From IMG/VR virus record IMGVR_UViG_3300048536_000227: DNA of 20,000 nucleotides; one strand, written 5' to 3'. The notes under the pieces were generated by a model, which had not been told where the DNA came from, made no database searches, and saw only the letters and a list, made by a program, of their open reading frames with translations. Numbering within the stretch: position 1 is the first letter of the stretch; each line of letters begins with the position of its first letter. The DNA is from an uncultured virus (IMG/VR IMGVR_UViG_3300048536_000227). Taxonomy: Duplodnaviria > Heunggongvirae > Uroviricota > Caudoviricetes. This document shows positions 15,895-20,000 of the stretch, piece by piece. The position numbers and the translations under genes are program-made.

Positions 15895-16505
15895 ACATAA
15901 GTGTAATTGATAAAATGGGTAGTGACTTATCAGTAGTTAATGCTGCCAGAGTATCCTTTAATAAATTCAAATCAAAATTTGACGACAAAGACGAAAAACT
16001 TATCAAGTATCTGGCAGACCATGAACATTGGTCACCATTTGCTCATGCGTCTATATCTTTTAGAATAAAGGCACCTATATTTGTAGCAAGACAACTAGTT
16101 AAACATCAAGTAGGACTAGTATGGAATGAAGTTAGTCGAAGATATGTAGATGAAGAACCAGAGTTTTTTATACCTTTCATGTGGAGAAAAAAGGCAGAAA
16201 ATAAAAAACAAGGATCAAGTGACGAAGAAGTTGAATTTGATATTACAGATTTTGTAAAGTCAGCAAAAGAATTATATGGTTCAATGTTAGATGAAGATAT
16301 TGCACCTGAAATGGCAAGAATGATATTACCACAAAACATGATGACAGAATGGATATGGTCAGGTTCAATCTATGCATTTGCTAGAGTGTGTAATTTAAGA
16401 AATAAAAAAGACGCTCAAGTAGAAACTAGAGAAGTGAGTATGCAACTTACCAGACACATAAAAGATCATTTTCCTATGTGTCACAAATATTTGATTAAAG
16501 AGTAG
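15891..16505 (+). CDS. thyX: Flavin-dependent thymidylate synthase
   Basis: VNAARVS, HWSPF, FVARQLVKH, NEVSRRY, EMARMILP, AQVE. Confidence 0.93.
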   Translation: MNISVIDKMGSDLSVVNAARVSFNKFKSKFDDKDEKLIKYLADHEHWSPFAHASISFRIKAPIFVARQLVKHQVGLVWNEVSRRYVDEEPEFFIPFMWRKKAENKKQGSSDEEVEFDITDFVKSAKELYGSMLDEDIAPEMARMILPQNMMTEWIWSGSIYAFARVCNLRNKKDAQVETREVSMQLTRHIKDHFPMCHKYLIKE

Positions 16506-16507
16506 TT

Positions 16508-16753
16508 ATGGATTATAATGATATATTACCAGAGTCTAATAAAATAGGTGATACAAAAATCGATAGAGTTTATATGGATTTACATGGCAAAGTATATGTA
16601 GTTTTAAAAGATGCTACAACTGAATACAATGTACAAAAGAAATCTATTAAGTTAGATAATGGTTCATTGGGTCATGTTTATAACTATAAAAATAAATGGT
16701 TTGATAGAACAGGAATGCCTATCGATAAACCTAATAATTTGGTAACAAGATAA
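16508..16753 (+). CDS. Hypothetical protein
   Basis: 81-aa ORF in operon context. Confidence 0.6.
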   Translation: MDYNDILPESNKIGDTKIDRVYMDLHGKVYVVLKDATTEYNVQKKSIKLDNGSLGHVYNYKNKWFDRTGMPIDKPNNLVTR

Positions 16754-17550
16754 TGAATAAAATTTATATTCCTACATTTAAGAGACACGACAAACAAATA
16801 TTTTTTGAAAGTCTTCCTGACTTCTTAAAAGAAAAAGTTATATTTGTTGTACAAAAACAAGAAGAGCATTTGTTTAAAGGTAAAAATTTATTAGTCGTAG
16901 ATGATAATATAGGTATTGCAAAAACAAGAGAAATCATTTATAGAACAGCAGGTAAACAAAGATATCTTGTGGTAGATGATGATGTTCTACTATATAGAAG
17001 AAACGCAAAATATTTTAGTAAACCATCTAATATGGAAGGTGCTAAAAGATTACTATTAAATAATGATTGGAATGAATTGCTACAAAGATTAAACGATCAA
17101 CACGATAACAATCATATTATGTGTGGATTTAAATTTTCATCAATACTACCTAGATTTGATCAACCTATATTTCACAATGGTGGTATATTTGCAATATTCT
17201 CAATTGATGGTGAACAATTAGATAAAGTAATTGATGAGATTGATTTTAATTATGTGTACATATCTGAAGATATACATTTTAATCTACAATTATTAACAAA
17301 AGGATATCCTAATGCTATCATGGAAGAGTTTTGTTATTATCAAAAATATAATAAAGATGGCGGGTGTAGCATATTTAGAACACAACAAATGGAAGATGAA
17401 TGTTCTAAAAAGTTAAATAAAAAGTTTCCCAAATATTATACAATAAACTACTCTAAACCTAAACCTGTTAATAGAGGATCAATGGGAACATTAAGAACTA
17501 GAGTATTGTACTCTAAAGCATTTAAGGATACAAATGAGAAAAAAACCTAA
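16753..17550 (+). CDS. GT-A fold glycosyltransferase (TET-associated/GREB1-like)
   Basis: IYIPTFKR, GIAKTRE.I, VVDDD, SEDIHF.LQLL..G, GGCS..RT. Confidence 0.7.
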   Translation: MNKIYIPTFKRHDKQIFFESLPDFLKEKVIFVVQKQEEHLFKGKNLLVVDDNIGIAKTREIIYRTAGKQRYLVVDDDVLLYRRNAKYFSKPSNMEGAKRLLLNNDWNELLQRLNDQHDNNHIMCGFKFSSILPRFDQPIFHNGGIFAIFSIDGEQLDKVIDEIDFNYVYISEDIHFNLQLLTKGYPNAIMEEFCYYQKYNKDGGCSIFRTQQMEDECSKKLNKKFPKYYTINYSKPKPVNRGSMGTLRTRVLYSKAFKDTNEKKT

Positions 17551-17773
17551 GACTTTTATACATGTAAATCAACATGTCATACGAGCAAACAAAAAGAATG
17601 GAACAAATGATCCAGTTATTACAATTAAACAAGGTAAGAAAAATACTTATTGCCACCAAGTCAATATTGACGGACCCTCTAGTATTGTATATGGCGGCAA
17701 CGATAAGCCTATTTTGTCTTGTGGTGCTAGAGTTGTTATAGAAACAGAAAGTCCTGTAACAGTTATAAAATGA
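17534..17773 (+). CDS. Conserved phage hypothetical protein
   Basis: IHVNQHVIRAN...PVITIK...LSCGARV.IET. Confidence 0.7.
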   Translation: MRKKPKTFIHVNQHVIRANKKNGTNDPVITIKQGKKNTYCHQVNIDGPSSIVYGGNDKPILSCGARVVIETESPVTVIK

Positions 17774-18645
17774 AACGAGTATTTTGTATAGGTAACGGTG
17801 AAAGTCGTAGAGACTTTCCTTTGCAATCACTAAAGCAACATGGCAAGATTTATATGTGCAACGCTGCTTATAGAGACGAAGCAGATTTGATAGATGTATT
17901 GACGGCAGTTGATAATGGTATTGTACATGAAATATATCACAGTGGTTTTGCTTATAACAAACCATGTTGGTTTAGAAACTGGACAAAAGTACCTGCTGAA
18001 ATGTATGAAACAGTTGTAGGTGGATTTGTTACAAGTGAAGACTATGACTTAGTAAAAGACTTTGATGTTATAAAAGAAAACGAAAGAGGCAACGCAAAAG
18101 AATTTGTAATACACGGAACATCTATTGCTGGCATGGCAAGTATTATTAAAAATGTAAAGAGATCACATCCTAATGCTACACCAGATATAGTAAGAAAAAA
18201 AATACAAAGTTCACAGGTGTTTGTTTCTTGGATACATGAGAACGACAAGTCACATGATTTAAGAGAAGTATGGAAAGATTATAAAGATCATGGTTGGGCG
18301 TGTGGTCCTTCTAGTGGTTATATTGCTACAAAAGTAGAACAACCAGATGAAATATATTTGTTAGGCCATGATCTGGTTTCAGATACAAACTTGCTAAACA
18401 ATATGTTTAAAAATACAAAACACTACGGCATAGATAAGAATAGTGCCATACCAGCAGACAACTGGATTAGTCAGTGGTATACCTTAATGGATTGGAATCC
18501 TAATATCAAGTTTTACAAGGTAAACAAAGGCACAGATAATAAACCCACCAACAAGAAAATAGACAAGTGGAATAAGTGGGAAGAACAAGGCAGATTGCAA
18601 TATATAACCCAAGCACAGCTTGTTGACAAAATGAGTAAAGTGTGA
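17770..18645 (+). CDS. Rossmann-like putative transferase (MptE/Maf-flagellin-modification/GT29-like)
   Basis: IGNGESR, CNAAYR, AVD, GPSSG, IYLLGHD. Confidence 0.55.
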   Translation: MKRVFCIGNGESRRDFPLQSLKQHGKIYMCNAAYRDEADLIDVLTAVDNGIVHEIYHSGFAYNKPCWFRNWTKVPAEMYETVVGGFVTSEDYDLVKDFDVIKENERGNAKEFVIHGTSIAGMASIIKNVKRSHPNATPDIVRKKIQSSQVFVSWIHENDKSHDLREVWKDYKDHGWACGPSSGYIATKVEQPDEIYLLGHDLVSDTNLLNNMFKNTKHYGIDKNSAIPADNWISQWYTLMDWNPNIKFYKVNKGTDNKPTNKKIDKWNKWEEQGRLQYITQAQLVDKMSKV

Positions 18646-18651
18646 TATAAT
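18623..18651 (+). promoter_or_regulatory. Perfect-consensus sigma70 promoter
   Basis: TTGACA-N17-TATAAT with TGn. Confidence 0.88.
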
Positions 18652-18658
18652 AAGAATT

Positions 18659-18850
18659 ATGTTTGACAGATTTATATACTTACTATTAGACTGGATCGTT
18701 GAGAAGTGTGAAAAAATTAGAGAATGGAAAATCAAACGATCATTACCAGGTCCTAAGATATCCTCTGCTAAAGAGTGGTATAAAGGATATAAGAAATGGC
18801 AAAAATCAAATAAAGAAGTTGTTTATAAAAATAATGATGATTGTCAGTAA
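18659..18850 (+). CDS. Small hypothetical protein
   Basis: 63 aa; ATG 7 nt after the -10 box. Confidence 0.55.
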   Translation: MFDRFIYLLLDWIVEKCEKIREWKIKRSLPGPKISSAKEWYKGYKKWQKSNKEVVYKNNDDCQ

Positions 18851-18856
18851 AAGGTG

Positions 18857-18864
18857 TATAAATA
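18857..18864 (+). promoter_or_regulatory. T4-type late promoter for gp32
   Basis: TATAAATA. Confidence 0.75.
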
Positions 18865-18881
18865 ATATTACATTTAAATTA

Positions 18882-18917
18882 ATACATACAACAATACATA
18901 CAAGGAGATACATACAA
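18882..18917 (+). repeat. 3x ATACATACAA in the gp32 leader
   Basis: Copies at 18882, 18894 and 18908, flanking the AAGGAG SD. Confidence 0.85.
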
Positions 18918-19807
18918 TGTCAAGTGCATTAGAAGCCCTAAAGAAGTCAAAGTCAAACTTTGACACTCTAACAAAACAGTTAGAAAAATCAATCGAACAA
19001 CCTGAAAAGAAAAAGTCATACCAAGACGATAGATTCTGGAAACCAGAGTTAGATAAATCTGGTAACGGATATGCTGTAATTAGATTTTTACCTGCTATTG
19101 AAGGTGAAGACTTACCATGGCAAAGAGTCTGGAATCATGCTTTTCAAGGACCAGGTGGTCAATGGTATATTGAAAACTCATTGACAACAATGTCTCAAAA
19201 AGATCCTGTTAGTGAAGAAAACACTAGATTGTGGAATACAGGTATTGAGGCAGACAAAGAGATTGCTAGAAAAAGAAAAAGAAAGTTATCTTACTATTCT
19301 AATATTCTAGTTGTTTCTGATCCAAAACATCCAGAGAACGATGGTAAAGTTTTCTTATTCAAATTTGGTAAAAAGATATTTGATAAAATATCTGAAGCAA
19401 TGAATCCACAATTTGAAGATGAGAAGGCAGTAAACCCATTTGATTTTTGGGAAGGTGCAAACTTCAAACTAAAAATCAGAAAAGTTGATGGATATTGGAA
19501 CTACGATAAATCTGAATTTGAGCCAGTCAGTAAAGTAAAAACTACTGATGAGGAGATTGACACTTTGTGGAAGTCTCAACACGCTCTAAAGGCCTTCGTT
19601 GATCCTAGTAATTTTAAATCTTATGATGAACTCAAAGAGAAACTGAATAAGGTTCTTACTGGACAAAGAAGTACAGAATCAGTTGAGGATATTGATCTCC
19701 CACCAATTAGTAATGATGTACCTCAAACTAATGGTTCTGTAGGAAAAGCGGATGAGTCAGACGATGACTTGTCATATTTTAGCAAGTTAGCGGAAGACGA
19801 TTCCTAA
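18917..19807 (+). CDS. 32: Single-stranded DNA-binding protein gp32
   Basis: DDRFWKP..DKSGNGYAVIRFLP, WYIENSLTT, NPFDFWEGANFKLKI, NYDKSEF, acidic tail. Confidence 0.97.
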   Translation: MSSALEALKKSKSNFDTLTKQLEKSIEQPEKKKSYQDDRFWKPELDKSGNGYAVIRFLPAIEGEDLPWQRVWNHAFQGPGGQWYIENSLTTMSQKDPVSEENTRLWNTGIEADKEIARKRKRKLSYYSNILVVSDPKHPENDGKVFLFKFGKKIFDKISEAMNPQFEDEKAVNPFDFWEGANFKLKIRKVDGYWNYDKSEFEPVSKVKTTDEEIDTLWKSQHALKAFVDPSNFKSYDELKEKLNKVLTGQRSTESVEDIDLPPISNDVPQTNGSVGKADESDDDLSYFSKLAEDDS

Positions 19808-19832
19808 ACTATCTCTCTCACTTTTCCAAAAG

Positions 19833-19860
19833 GGTGGCCTTCGGGCCACCTTATATTTTT
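19833..19860 (+). terminator. Rho-independent terminator with UUCG tetraloop
   Basis: GGTGGCC-TTCG-GGCCACC followed by TTATATTTTT. Confidence 0.85.
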
Positions 19861-19861
19861 G

Positions 19862-19935
19862 ATAGTTGTAAATTTAGTAAATAATTCTTTACAATTCATT
19901 GACTCGATTTACAAAATAGTTGTAAATTTTGTAAA
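19862..19935. repeat. Direct and inverted TGTAAA/TTTACA repeat array
   Basis: ATAGTTGTAAATTT(A/T)GTAAA at 19862 and 19916 (19/20 identical); TTTACA at 19888 and 19908. Confidence 0.75.
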
Positions 19936-19956
19936 CTTTTTATTATAAGTATTTTA

Positions 19957-20000
19957 ATGAACGAAGAAGAAAAATACTTAGCAGAAAAACACAACCGTGG
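19957..20000 (+). CDS. 3'-truncated ORF (MNEEEKYLAEKHNR...)
   Basis: Open to the window end; preceded by late-like TATAAGTA (19944-19951). Confidence 0.4.
   Translation, partial: MNEEEKYLAEKHNR

Noticed and set aside
448..18735. All minus-strand ORFs in the track
   Set aside because: They are antisense shadows of well-supported + strand genes, with no SD or recognisable motifs.
1961..18932. Alternate-frame + ORFs 1961..2155, 15533..15823 and 18699..18932
   Set aside because: They are nested in or overlap better-supported genes or regulatory DNA and have no SD.
1..20000. tRNA, rRNA, integrase, transposase, intron or intein
   Set aside because: None recognisable; ThyX, gp32 and gp59 are uninterrupted and of ordinary length.

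Overview
AT-rich window with densely packed genes, all on the + strand, from a T4-like myovirus. It carries gp33, gp59, gp32, ThyX, glutaredoxin, a PD-(D/E)XK exonuclease, a DenV-like glycosylase and T4 late promoters (TATAAATA). The host is probably a marine alphaproteobacterium such as SAR11/Pelagibacter; this is inferred from an alpha-type LexA box and the gene content. The window runs from the end of a glycosyltransferase cluster (1-1304), through an early accessory region driven by near-consensus sigma70 promoters (1361-11700), into a lysis/replication block (12150-19807). Main points: (1) a type IV pilin-like gene is first in an early operon, behind a GTTC-N7-GTTC LexA-type box, with an A11 tract where the next gene has its Shine-Dalgarno (SD); (2) a lipoprotein/envelope cluster; (3) a 17-bp palindromic operator repeated at a fixed distance from two promoters; (4) several structured non-coding leaders, including a ~120-nt RNA before the endolysin operon and a candidate pseudoknot before an HTH gene; (5) apparently leaderless early transcripts; (6) a repeat-built gp32 leader and an iteron-like array after gp32. 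All product calls come from motif recognition by eye, not database searches.
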